From Bigelowiella natans CCMP2755 (Eukaryota > Protista > Cercozoa): a stretch of DNA of 53,976 nt. The position numbers and the translations under genes were made by a program. Where the stretch lies: contig ADNK01002891.1 in assembly GCA_000320545.1 (NCBI GenBank), positions 1-53,976 on the forward strand. Direction: 5' to 3'. Under the pieces are notes generated by a model. It worked only from the letters and a program-made list of their open reading frames with translations, was not told the origin of the DNA and did no database searches. Positions 27,540 through 40,505 of the stretch are shown here, piece after piece (the stretch's first letter is position 1; the number at the start of each line of letters is the position of its first letter).

Positions 27540-27631
<92 letters not shown>

Positions 27632-28770
27632 GTGTATTTTTGTACGTAATGTGTTTATGTTTTAGATTCACCTGTTATCAAGTTATTTACGAAAGAAGAC
27701 TGCAGCTTATGCGATAAGTAAGTGGCCACAAATACAACAGTATTTCTCAGTTATGAAGCTCGTAACCTTTAAGGCTTTCGATTATATTAATATATACGAT
27801 ACCGAAACGATGCGGATTGAAATTGATTACAGAGTAAAAGACACGCTAGCAGCACTCAAAGACGAATATCCTCATACTCTGGCAGGTGATTCTCCTCCAC
27901 CCCATGCAGATATTCATCCTTGTTTCTTTCTTCGTTGATTTCACATCACATGAGCAATGATTTCTGTCGCGCCTCATCCTCATCTGTTGCTTCGGTTAGC
28001 TGTTGATATCACCGATGAGGAGCATCAAAACTGGTATAATAAATACAAATTTGATATCCCAGTCCTACACATAGAGGTAAATAGCCGTTCGCAGCAGCTT
28101 GCTGCAACAGCTGATTAGAGTAAAAAAATTAAGCTGCATTAAGTTTCCATTGCTGCTTATATCGAGCATTTTCATGTGCTTTTAAAGTCCAATATTGCAG
28201 TGTGCCTGAGTTCTGCGCCCTTCTATAACTCAACTCGAATAATCATCGTGGTATTGTTAGGGAAAGTACTTTGCAAAGCATCGACTTACAGAGGAAGAAG
28301 CAATGAAAGTAAATCGTACCCAGCCCATTTGCATATGAATGTTTATATTATATACATTATATGTATTCCTAACTTGTACCTACCATATCAGGGATTAGAA
28401 GAAGCTAATACAGGTTGCAGTGAATATCATTTTCAATCATTACCAGACAGATGAAGTCGAGCTCGCAAACGCATTCAGCGTGTTTGCGAACGAAATGGAG
28501 CTTAGCTTATTAAACAAGGGAGATCGTTTTTTAGAGTGCCCTCTCTGTCTCTACCTCGTCTATTTGCTACTTCGTTGTGTTTTGGTAGTGGGCCGACGCT
28601 TATATTTATCTTAAAAGGCCTGGTTTTTATTTTCCTTTTGAATCTGTAAATCGTTCATCTCGTTGGCATGTATTCCCTCACCGATCTCTCCCTGTTGGTG
28701 CGGTGGATAAGGCGCATTTCTCGAGCGACAGGGAGAACCTGATTCGTCAGGCGTGGATTTTAGGGATTAA
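27254..28770 (+). CDS. Glutaredoxin-like DUF836 protein (C5orf63/YDR286C-like) with N-terminal targeting-like extension
   Basis: Exons give SPVIKLFTKEDCSLCDK|VKDTLAALKDEYPHTLA|VDITDEEHQNWYNKYKFDIPVLHIE|GKYFAKHRLTEEEAMK|GLEEANT|GAFLERQGEPDS…*. CxxC and DIPVLH motifs present. The last exon is tentative (alternative stop at 28454). Confidence 0.85.
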
Positions 28771-29487
28771 GCGCGGCGTCCTCAACCACCGCGAAGTAGC
28801 ACAGCATGTTCGCGAGCTTGCTCCTTCCCCCATCCCTTCTGCAGCAAGCGCGTTCTTTGAAGATCCAGCTCTAGGATAAGTGCAGGATGCTCCCTTGCTA
28901 TGACGACTCACACCAGGAAAACATCTGTAAAAAAGGCGAGGCAGTGCGCAGCATCCTCCATGGTTCGTGTGCGCGCGTCGTAAGCAGACTTCCATGTCTA
29001 GATGTATAGCGGTGGGAATCAAGACCTGATGTGCATCAAAGCCTCGGTTTGACAGAATGCACGCGACACGTACTAGCGTACTACGTGGTAGCTTCATCTA
29101 CCCAGGCTGCCATTTTTGATTTGCGAGATTATCTCTGTCAAATATACAAACTGCGCGCTGCAGCACGTACGATTTAGCCGAAGCGCTATATATATGATAT
29201 TGGAACATGAACAACGCAAAAACCGCAGTATATCAGCAGTGCTGTAGGCTAAGGGCCTCTGCAACGAAGCCTGCAGGCAGCGTATGCATTCGCAAATATA
29301 GCATTGGAGGGCAGCGTTAGCATTTGAATTAAAATGCATAAGTAAGCTAATATGTACAGCAAAAAACGCCCAGTGAGAGTGCACGGCGCGGCAGCAAGCT
29401 AGTAGCAAGACACACAACGGTGTATGCTCATGATATGTGCTGCGATTGCGCGTACTGCCAAATAATTCATCATCTGTATATACTACA

Positions 29488-29520
<33 letters not shown>

Positions 29521-29525
<5 letters not shown>

Positions 29526-29573
29526 GCTACATCAGGATGACCATTGAAAAAATTTAATTCTTCATTACATCCG

Positions 29574-29578
<5 letters not shown>
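29521..29578 (-). mobile_element. Solo terminus of the 449-757 TIR element, embedded in (TA)n
   Basis: Reverse complement TGAGACGGATGTAATGAAGAATTAAATTTTTTCAATGGTCATCCTGATGTAGCTGTGC is nearly identical to 450-507; flanked by (TA)n at 29491-29520 and 29579-29608. Confidence 0.8.
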
Positions 29579-29611
<33 letters not shown>

Positions 29612-29857
29612 TTGTCGCCTACAACCTTAAATACATGCATGTACCGCACAGCACAGCTTCGAATATTACATTTATAATGACGATCTAAATTTCAAACGGG
29701 AAACCTACTACTAGACAGAGTTATATAGTTTTTTTTTAAAATAAAACAATTCATTATTATCACCAGTCCTCCCAGGAAAGGCGAACCTCCCCTCTCTCAA
29801 CCCCCACCTACCGATGAAAGCTGCGTCACCGCCTCAATGTAACACGAAGACGCTCTA

Positions 29858-31755
29858 TCATCTACGCACACGCTTTGCATATTGCATCGACGGTGATGAG
29901 GAAGAATGCATATCGTCTCTCTTCGCTGTCTCCAGGCGCTCAACTAGCTCGCGGTTATAGAAGAGGACTTCCTTCACGATGAGGTCTTTTATCATGGACT
30001 TCGTGATCGGCGCGTCCTCAAACTCGAAGAATATAGGATCCCTCGTTGATTTCATTTCCGCTGCCGCGTCCCTCACGTCGCGCAGGTACTCGTGGTTAAG
30101 AGCCTCGCGAGCGGTTATGCGCTCGTGAGGGTTAAATCGCAGCATCTTCTTCAGAAGATCCAAGCTGAGCGAACAATGCGGAGTCGTCGTCATCATCATC
30201 ATCAACATCATCAATTTCTCAGAGGGAAAAAGAAAAAAGAAGAATTGCCATCATCAAATGTGGGGGGAAGAGGCGAGAAGAGCTTCCTTCGTATCATCAA
30301 TAGCGACCATCTTCATCGTACGATGACATATCTTCCAATATTCATTACACACACATCGTCATCATCATCGTCATCATCATCAATCAGTTATTGGTTCTCC
30401 CCCCCCTCCCCCCCCCCCCATCATCGAATCAGCACAGAAACATCATCACGTACGCAAGGGGGTCGGCGCCGGGGAACATCCCCTTGAAGTCTTTTGGCGG
30501 CTTTTTCTCCAACGACTCTAAATACCTACGAGCCTTCTTAGAGCTGACCGCCTGGATATCCCCCCTCCCCGGGGTTCCAATCACATCGAAAATGACGGAG
30601 AGCTGGTCGTGGGGGTGCGTGTATGCGAGGGGGTGGTCTGCTGAGAGAGGAAAGCACGACTTTCCTGGAAACAACGCTTGGCGATCTTGCGGATCCGCGA
30701 AGCTCTCCCTCTGCATGCTGAGCAGCTCCGACAAGACGCAGCCGACTGACCAGATGTCAATGGAGCAGTTGTAGTTGCTTTCCAGCAGAATCAACTCTGG
30801 GGCCCTGTACCAGCGCGTGACGACGTGCTTGGTGAGCTGGTTGGCGACGGTTGGGAAAGGCCCTTTTGGCATTCGGATGGCGGCGAGCGGTGCCTCTTTT
30901 CTCTTTCGAGAGGAGGCGGAGGCGGAGGCGGAGGCGGAGGAGGATGATGACGATGACGGTGGCGCTTTCCCTTCGGACGATTGCCGATGGGGTCGGAGTG
31001 AGTGCATTCTGCGGGGAGCGGGGGGGCCTGCTGTTGATAAGAGCGCAACCAACAATGAGGGAGAGCGGCATCGATCGCGGACACACACACAAACACGCGA
31101 ACGAACATATAGTATACGGTTAACGCGCCATTCGTCTAAAAGCGGCTGCATCTGCGGCGCCCTCGCATATATATATATATCAATATATATATATATATAT
31201 ATATATATACTGTGGTTGAAAACGTCGATATACCATCAGGTGCAAAAAATGAAAGAAGCCTCTCAAATGACCTCTCTCCCCTCTCCTCAGCGGTGCCACG
31301 TTCCTCCCCGTCGCCTCATTGGTCCCCCTCGCAAGGCCAAAGTCGCAGAGCAGCAGCGAGCAGTTGGCGTTGATGAGGATGTTGGCGGGCTTGAGATCGC
31401 GGTGTATGATATTCGCCGAATGCACGTATTTGAGAGAGATGAGGATCTGCTGCAGGAAGAACTGTATGTGGAGATTGGTGAAGTACTGGCTTGAGGTGAT
31501 CAGCTTCTGCAGGTCGGTATCTGCAAACTCGAATACGATGTACAGCTCGTTGAAGTTGTTGATGTCGTTTGGGGCAAGGATGTCGCGCAGCTCAATGATG
31601 TGATCATGCCGCAGCACGCGCAGGATGCGAAGCTCACGCAGCAGCCTCTTTGCGTGCATAACGTCGTCGAATACCTGTTTGGAAAGGAGAGGAAGTTAAG
31701 ACGATGAGGGGGGAAGGGAGGGGGGGGGGGAGGGAAGGTAAGAGAGACAGAGCAC

Positions 31756-31800
<45 letters not shown>

Positions 31801-31803
31801 GTT

Positions 31804-31863
<60 letters not shown>

Positions 31864-33565
31864 TCCATATGCGTATATCCTTTATTGTATTCAGGGCCAC
31901 CGCCACCACCACCATCTTCACCATCATCACCATCATCACCATCCTCCTCACCCCTGTGATTTTCTTGATGGCGACCCTCTCCCCAGTCTCCATATCAACC
32001 GCGCCGTATACATGCCCATAGCTTCCATGCCCCAGGTACTCGATGAACGTGTAGCGCTGCGAGATCTGTGGAGTGTGAGTAACCTGCGAGCGAATAAGAT
32101 CCTCCGGATCGCTGTTTAGCCCCCCCCCCTCTGACTCTGACCCCTCTTCCGACAGGTCAGAATAGTCCCCTCCTACCGTTGTTGAAGCAACAGCAGCAGC
32201 AGCAGCAGCAGCGTGTTCCCTAGTCGTCACAGCCTTAGCCTTGGCAGCAGCACTTTGGCGATGTGGTTTTGCGAGCAATTCCTTGCCTGAAGCGGGATTG
32301 TGATGCTGATGGAAAGACTGATGTTGGCCTTGGCGAAGGAACTCGTCGCTGTGGTCAGCATTGCCACTGTTTCGGTAATGGGCAGAGGGGCGATAGCCGA
32401 CGTCATCTCTATGTGCCACGGCAGTCCCTTCGCCGCCACCACTGCTTTGATTGCTCTGTGCAGTTGTCCAGATAACCCCAACGTGTTGGTGCTGCTGCTG
32501 CTGCTGCGGCTGCTGCCTGTGGTCTATTGGGGTGTTGGCTTTGACGTCATCGTGAGGAGGATAGGTATTATGACTATAGTAGACCGTCCCTTTGTTGGCC
32601 TGGTTGTTGGCGAAGTGGTGGATTTCGTGATGCTGTTTGTAATCATGTTGATTTACCCAAGGGCCTATTTGCGCTTGCTGCTGCTGCTGATGGAGCTCGG
32701 GATAGGGTGCTTGTATTAACTGCTGCTGCTGCTGCTGCTCTTGGCGTGAGGTCATGTATTTTTCCTCTCTTATGGGCCCTGCAGCAACAGCACTCTTTGT
32801 TGTCATATCAGCTGTATTGTGCAACCTGAGATCAGTGTCCTGAGGATGCTCTATAAAGCGATGATGACCAAAGGAGGAGGAGACCGCAGCAGATGACGGT
32901 TTCTCGCTGCTGCTGCCGGTGCTGTTGAATAGGGCCGATGAGAATATGTGCGAGGCTCTCCCCTCTTCTTCAGAAAATTTTGAGATCGACGCCCGCCCGA
33001 CGCACGACATCGGCCTTCGCTTTGTGCTCTTTCCGCCTCCTCTCTTTTGGCGGGTAGAGTGTCGTAGCGTGAAAATCTGCTGGCCAAGATAGTCGAGATT
33101 TATTCGAGAGCGGAATTCTGGTCTCGCAGAAAGCGGCGCATGTCTCCTAGGTTTGGCGGATCCGTATTGCACTCGCGCTGTTTCGAGCCTCTTGGCTGGG
33201 TCAATGTCAATGAAGGAGATCGGCGTGCCCGCGACCGCTCTGGTTGATATGCCTCTTTCCGATTTGGGAAGAGCAGGTGTGGAGTGATATCTCTTCATGT
33301 CTGCATCAGCCTCGAACGCTAACGAAGATGATGAGGTTTGCATGCTCTCGCGTGTCAGTTTCCTGTCTTCCCTCGAAACGAGGGGCTCTGCGTTTGATTT
33401 CGAGGACGACCCATCACCTCCTCCTCCTTCAAACGAGACGATCGTAGCGTCAAGCCCTTCGCCCCCGGCAGGGTGAGATTGTCTCCAAGTGGGCTGCGAT
33501 TTGCAGTCACTAGCGCTTGGAGGAATACCGCCGTCCTCCGCTATTGAGGCCAATCGCCTCCGCAT
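29858..33565 (-). CDS. Atypical MAP kinase with long low-complexity N-terminus and T-K-H activation motif
   Basis: LGHGSYGHV…VAIKKITG|[19 protein letters not shown]…[12 protein letters not shown]…LCDFGLARG…[17 protein letters not shown]…IDIWSVGC…[26 protein letters not shown]. Exons about 33565-31952, 31674-~31280, ~31030-30445, ~30165-29858. Confidence 0.93.
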
Positions 33566-34195
33566 GTTCTCTTACGATTGATGAGAGGCAGAGAGGGGGG
33601 CTTGACGCCCCAGCTACGAGGATAATGAGGCAATTATTTTCATATTATCGTTGTCGCTCGTATAAAAAACGACCTATTTTTATAGGGAGGTAGTCTTCAA
33701 TATTCTGATCCCCGATATTGACAGATTCTATTTCGGTCTCCGGAAGTACTTTAAAGGAAACTGCAGCTTTCCCCTTGCTGCGACAGGCGAACACACTACA
33801 CCTTAAAAAAAAAATTGGTATCGATAGATTTATATGTTACCGACATTATATACTTCAAGTCTCATTCTGAGACTATACGGCGTTCTATGTATAAAATAAT
33901 TACTAAATTATAACGAAACGAATGCGATACGCATACTACGACAACAAAGAACTGTTGTCGCTTTCTGTGCATTATTTCTTCTCTCTTTCGTCTCTCCCCC
34001 CTTCCCGAGGCGATGATTCAGGTGTGAGGGGAGGGAGGGATTAGCCCCTAGGAAAATAGTATCATCTCTCAGGATTAGATAAAATACTCGAGAAAGAGAT
34101 ATCGTGATGGAGAGGGAGTCATCGTTCGAATAGTGTGACAAAACATCGAGCGGCCATGGACACCCTTTCTATCGGAACATGTGCGCTTTGGCGCC

Positions 34196-34414
34196 ATGAG
34201 GGGCGAGATTAGAATTCAAGAGATCGATGGGTTTTTCACGCAGTAAATAACTTCTAAATAACTATATTACTCCTATCTTTGGCAGGGTCTCCTTCGTGCA
34301 TGGATGCACGGTGTTACTGACTCTTTAAAATTCAAAGAGCCACTCGTCTTTCTCCTCACATCGTAAGACTCACAAAGTCTCCACTCACGCCGTGATTGTC
34401 ATCAGTCTCCTTTC

Positions 34415-34490
<76 letters not shown>

Positions 34491-35004
34491 CGAAGGATGA
34501 GTAGCAGCACGTGACTGTCGTTACGAAAGAGCAGCTATCCGAGAGGGCTTGATAAAATCTCGGGGCATTTGTACTTTAATGTGTTGTGTTTGATGTCGAT
34601 GTAATGTATATGAATTAAACGTAGGTCGACGATAAGGCGGAATACGCTCATGTGTGCAATCCTCAATGGCCTGATATTCCTTGGTTTGCTGTCCACATAC
34701 TAAGTCAAACTTCACACGTTATACAGCCGCGTATGTCCGTCCCCAACGAGACTAAACAACGCGAACCAGCAAACCAGTATGCATATACAGTGTAGCGCAT
34801 AAACACTGAATCGTTTGGGAATACAAGCACAGAGAACCATTATTTCTCTCTTCGTTTGATTGTTTAGGATCTTATTATCTCTTGGGCGGAGTCATCTTAC
34901 CAATATTACGATTCATTCTCACGTTCCAACCGTACTTTTCCATTTATATTTAGACTTATTCGTGATGAGAATCAGTTAGTATTATTGGTGTTTCTCTCTC
35001 CTCG

Positions 35005-35062
<58 letters not shown>

Positions 35063-35400
35063 TGTGTGTATGTTCATTATCATAATTGTTGGTTCCCGCT
35101 TATAAATCAGGCTGCAGTTCCTCTCTCCAACGCAAGGCGATCTTTTAGAGGATGACTTGTACTTCCAACGAGCCGCACAAACACACACACAAATAATCAA
35201 CGCTCTATACACTTTCCATTGACACTTGGGGAGTGAAGTCTATATCGCATCGAAACGACATTCTTTCCTCTCATCACACTGTATACGTGTTTAGAGGAGA
35301 GGCCAAAAAGCTCGAAGATGCGACTACAGCCTTCCTCACAGAGACGTAATACACAGATTATATTTTCAGGAGATCTAGGCTCTCACATTAACATGTGCGC

Positions 35401-35431
<31 letters not shown>

Positions 35432-35567
35432 TGTATGGGCGTTCCTTTATCAACATCAGCGTATTCTTCTGGCTATATCAAATATTCTGGCTCCTTCCTG
35501 TCTACGCAACTAGCAGAATTCTCTCTCTGATATGGTACGTAGATGAATTTAACAGCTCGCACGTGTC

Positions 35568-35604
<37 letters not shown>

Positions 35605-35746
35605 AGATTGAAGAATACATGAAAGCATATGCACATGCGAAGGAAGTGTCAAGTTTTTGCTTAACCCATGTATTTGTGTATCTCCAGTGTGTGTGTGTGT
35701 GGGTGGGTGGGGGGGGGGGCATATGCGCATATTTATCTCTCTTTCA

Positions 35747-35786
<40 letters not shown>

Positions 35787-36181
35787 ATTTGTTTGTTCTC
35801 TGTAAAATGGACCGCTTTAACAGGTATCAAGCGATTGTAGATGCAACGTACAAACTGCTGCCTCAACCGAAGTTAATGAGGTGACGACTCTCATGAATAC
35901 ATCAAACTCACACACACACACGCGCGCGCGCAGACACAAAATCACATATTAACGAAGTAACAAATATGAATACAAAATTTGTACTTTGAATAACAGTTAC
36001 AGCAATTATAGCTTAATACAGATGGTATGTGGATTGGCTGACATGGGGTGTTGTTGTTGTTGTTGTTGTTTCTGTTGTTAAAGACGAGTGCAACAAGTAG
36101 CTTTCATATCGGAGAACATCTACTACTTTTTCCTTACAGTCGGTAGGTTTTCAGAATGGACACGAGCCTAGAGAGATAGAG

Positions 36182-36234
<53 letters not shown>

Positions 36235-36650
36235 GGGATAGAGGGGGGGGGGGGGGGGGGGGATGGGAGAGGGGGGGAGAGAGAGAACACACACCTGTAT
36301 ATATCCGCGTATTTGTCTTGATCTATTGACGCCGATGTTACACCGCAGGGTTATACATCCAAATGATGCTGGCAAATTGCATACCTTTCATCGGGTGATA
36401 GCATACACCGTGTGCGAACGGCGACACATAATTAACAACATGCGCTGCTGGCCTTTCGCGTCCCTGTTTCCTCGCTACACCGTCAATATTATGAATTATA
36501 AATGTGTATATGATGGTTTTGTTCTGATTTTCTGTTGGCTGATCAAAGTTGTTTTATTGCATCTTCGTCGATGCGTTTTATGCTGATATGAACAGGCCTG
36601 GGATATGCTTCATGCACGTTTGCTGGTGACTAAATGCGTATATTTCATAA

Positions 36651-36684
<34 letters not shown>

Positions 36685-37006
36685 AATCTCACACACAATA
36701 TAAACATATATATATATTTATATATTATATTATATTATATATATAACGCTCGAGGTACGATTCTCTCTTGTACCATAGCTCAACTTTGTATCATCGTTGA
36801 TTAAGAACCTTGCGGAATAGCCAATCATCACGAGCCTCTGCTTATACACCCCGTCTGCTATCACTCCTATGTTCGCTTATTGCATTAATAAGGCTCTATG
36901 CGCTGTATTCCTTCGATTATCGATGGGACAAACAAGGAGGACAGTTGTTGTCAAGATTGCACTATTTTGAGTAATAATAGCAGCCAAAGCTTTCACTCTA
37001 TTTCTT

Positions 37007-37050
<44 letters not shown>

Positions 37051-37421
37051 ATACAAATACACACACACACACACACGCGCGCGCGCGCATGCATACACAG
37101 TTAGCTCACGGTCAAACACTCGCAGCAAATTCCTAATAGTCTCCGCAATGCAACAACATCACAGAGAGCGTTGGGCGTACTTTCTTGGCTTTGGATTCCC
37201 ATTGGCCGTGGTATGTTGGCTCCATTCATTTTAATCAACTCGAATTCGCCATTCTTGCTGCTACCGCTCGGCGCTAACCCAGCATCTTCTAACAGATGTG
37301 AAAGCTTTACAAGTTCAGCGCGTGATGAGTCGTGATTAACGCGCCTTTTTCCCTTGTTTTTGCGAAGAAAATCGGTTATTGATTCTGCTCACCAGCACAC
37401 GTGGCTGCGTAGATATGAGCG

Positions 37422-37459
<38 letters not shown>

Positions 37460-38034
37460 AAATTCTAATAGTTTGGTTTTCTCTGTTTTTGTTTGGTCAG
37501 GTGACTACTTGGAGTCCTTCCGTAATATTGAAAAACAATTGATATTATAATTGGCAATATATGTGTTAATAAAAGTGATTGAATGCATACACTCTCCAAG
37601 AAAAACGTTTATGTCAAACGCACTAGGAGCCGAGATTGATAAGTTCGTCTTGTGTGTATAGCATCTACTGCCTTTGAGAATCGAAGATCTTTGCACTAAT
37701 TCCTTACCTCCCCCCCCCCTCTCCCTCCTTCTCTTTCCTTTTGTTTATTGCAGCTTGTAGCGTATGGCCTATATGCTTTGACAGCCCCTGTCTTTATCAT
37801 GCTAGCAATCACGGTGTGGTTTGGTTTGCTTGTTGAATACGCGATTTGTGTGTGTGCGCGCGTGTACGTGTACGTGTGTGTGTGTGTGTGTGTGTGTGTG
37901 AGTGTGTGTGTGCATTCATGTGTGTTTGGGGAGATTTGCAACGCCGTAACATGCGTGTTGTATCTAAGTTGCGGCTCGCGTTGTTTTCGAGTGCCTTTTC
38001 GGGGACTGAGAATGCGTTTATTGTTGTGTGTTAG
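34196..38034 (+). CDS. EI24: EI24 (etoposide-induced protein 2.4) family membrane protein, multi-exon; both ends approximate
   Basis: Exons give AWMHGVTDSLKF, YQIFWLLPVYATSRILSLIW|YQAIVDATY, LYALYSFDYRWDKQG, ERWAYFLGFGFPLAV, VAYGLYALTAPVFIMLA, RLALFS. These match EI24 motifs (W.LP…W.Q.IAD; YS.Y.FEYRW; E..W.YF.GFG.PL). Confidence 0.85.
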
Positions 38035-38120
38035 GCAAATCCGGTACAGCACGTGAGTGAAGATAGAGCAGTTGAGGTGGCTAATATGATAATCTTTATA
38101 CTAGTATACAAATATATATA

Positions 38121-38157
<37 letters not shown>

Positions 38158-38158
38158 A

Positions 38159-38191
<33 letters not shown>

Positions 38192-38370
38192 TGTATGTGA
38201 TTTTTTAATGTCAATCATACAAAAGTCTGCTATTGGATCGTAGATGAGTATATGATGCTTTTTGATGGCACGCCTCTCTCATCTTGTCGTCCGCTCAATA
38301 TTGTGTTCCACAGAGCAGCGCCATCTCTCGTCTACCAATATACACAATGCCCAAAATGTAGTACCCAAAA

Positions 38371-38467
38371 CGACGACGATGATGATGATGATGATGATGA
38401 TGATGACGATGATGATGATGACGATGATGATGATGACGACGACGATGATGACGATGATGATGATGAC

Positions 38468-38500
<33 letters not shown>
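38371..38500. repeat. (GAT/GAC)n trinucleotide microsatellite, ~130 bp
   Basis: Directly visible; produces spurious poly-D/M/H/S ORFs. Confidence 0.95.
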
Positions 38501-38501
<1 letters not shown>

Positions 38502-38589
38502 GCATTTCCACCCGCAACATAAAGTCAACCAGGAAGGCGATAAGAGCGGCTCAACTACGTTTTCAAAAGGAAAATGATGCCGTTTGATT

Positions 38590-40250
38590 TCGCACATTTT
38601 TTCTTTTGGGTTTGTCTGCCGACGAATTTGATGTCTTTCCGATCATGGAATAGCCCCCATCCGTGTGCCCTTCTGGCCTCGGATGCACCGCCTGACTCTC
38701 CCGATGTGTTAAAACTGCAGGTTCGCCAACTACGTTGCGTTTTGTTGCTTCGGAGGGGCCAGAGGTGCGAGTAGACATAAATCGAGCGATGAGTGAAACT
38801 GCCAATGCTTGCTCCTCAGTTGCATCGTGTCACGGCCAAGCTTGGCCATCATGACATTATTTCATTCCGCGATGTGTGCACACATATTCAGCTGTTGATG
38901 GGGGTGGGTTCATCTAGCGCTTGCCGACGATGCACTGTGCGGCGACGGCGCAGCATTGCATGCGGCAGCGAGGGATGTGCATAGTCATGTGCGTGCAATG
39001 ACAGGCTGATTGCATGTCTCTATGGGTGTGGGATGGGCATGCTAGCATGCCGTGATGGCTTTGTGACTGAACCATGGAAGACAACTGATGATCATTCGCA
39101 CGTACGGGTGGGCAGATCTTCTTGCACACGCACATGCAAAAATGTCTGGTTTCAACAGCTTCCCTGCTGACCTGCACACAGCCTCTTTGTGTCTAGGTGT
39201 GGCAGATGACAGTGGCCAATTGCTTGCACACAACCACAATGTCATTAGCCACCTGGTCATCCTCGGGAACATTGGAGTGGACCGTGGAAACATTGCTAAG
39301 AATCCAGTCACTCCACAGAATGGTTTCAGCCGAGGACACACTTAGAGACGCAAGGGTTGCCAATTTTTTTCCAAGATCAGCGGTGCGATTCGTCATGAGT
39401 GGTCCAATTTTTTCCTCAATTTTGAATTCTAGACCATCACATGATCAAACTCTTCCCGTGTGGACATGGGGATTCCTTCCCACATCGATTTCCCCCAGGG
39501 CGAGAAAAAGGCAATTTTAGCTTGCATCTCATTTTCAGCAACAGCTGAGGCCATCGCAAGGTGTTCAAAAGCAGGATTTTCAGTGTCAGAGTCGTTGTCA
39601 TCCGCTCTGACGGAGGGTGACCTGTGAGCTGCCCAGTTGAATCCTGCCATCCCTGACTCTGGGTCAACTGACATGATTTTCCCCACGTGCCATTGTTTCT
39701 CGAAGTGCAATCCGATGATCTGTCCAGCTGCAATGACATTTGTCCACGATGATGTCAGGCGGGTCGACACATCAAGAGGGACATCATCGATGCCTTCCCT
39801 GAGGTGGAGCTCGGCCAGAGGTTTCGGAACATTGTTGAGATCGAGGCAATTACGCAGACCACCTGTTTGGGAGGTTGGTCCTGACTCTTGGGAAGTGGCC
39901 GTAACGTGTTCGGTGATCAGGGAAGAATCTAACCCGGGCGACTCCGAAGGGGCCGCAAACTTTTCATCACAGTTAGTTTCCGTCATCTTGTTCCGATCAA
40001 TGTGTTTAGCATCCAAGAGTGTAGATTCAAAGCGTTGATGGTTGCAGGGGAGGGGGGAAGGAGAGAGGAGCTACTCTCAATGAGGGTGCAACTCGGGTTT
40101 CGGAAACATCTTTCACCCTCTTTCTCAGCCGAGCTAAACTTGATGTTTCGTAGATGCAAGGTGACTGGTCGCGAGACTCGATTCCACCAAAACGAAGTGG
40201 GTCAGGAACCTTACGACATCAACAAAGGGACATTTCAATGGACAAATGGC
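38590..40250 (-). pseudogene. TpA-depleted island containing a degraded coding relic (ORF 39429-40016 plus out-of-frame continuations)
   Basis: The 195-aa ORF has no Tyr and a segment IIGLHFEKQWHVGKIMSVD with CAC codons where Tyr would fit. No TA in 39521-39850. Confidence 0.5.
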
Positions 40251-40380
40251 CTTTCCAAAAATCATCGTGACAACACATGTGTGTCTTAGTCGGCTGAGAA
40301 AGAATCTCTCATTGTCATCATCCTGCGTTCAGGATCATCCTCTCACAAACCAAAACCCTTCCAAGGTTTTGGAAAAAACT

Positions 40381-40469
40381 ATGTTTTCGTATAAGGGACA
40401 ACGCGACGAGCGCGGCCGCGGCCGCGGCCGCGACCACGATAGTGGCCGCGATCGAACCCGTAGCCGCAC

Positions 40470-40505
<36 letters not shown>

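Noticed and set aside
38252-38597. Poly-Asp/Met/His/Ser ORFs and the many THTH/CVCV/YIYI/RERE/LSLS ORFs in the track
   Set aside because: Translations of microsatellites, mostly intronic.
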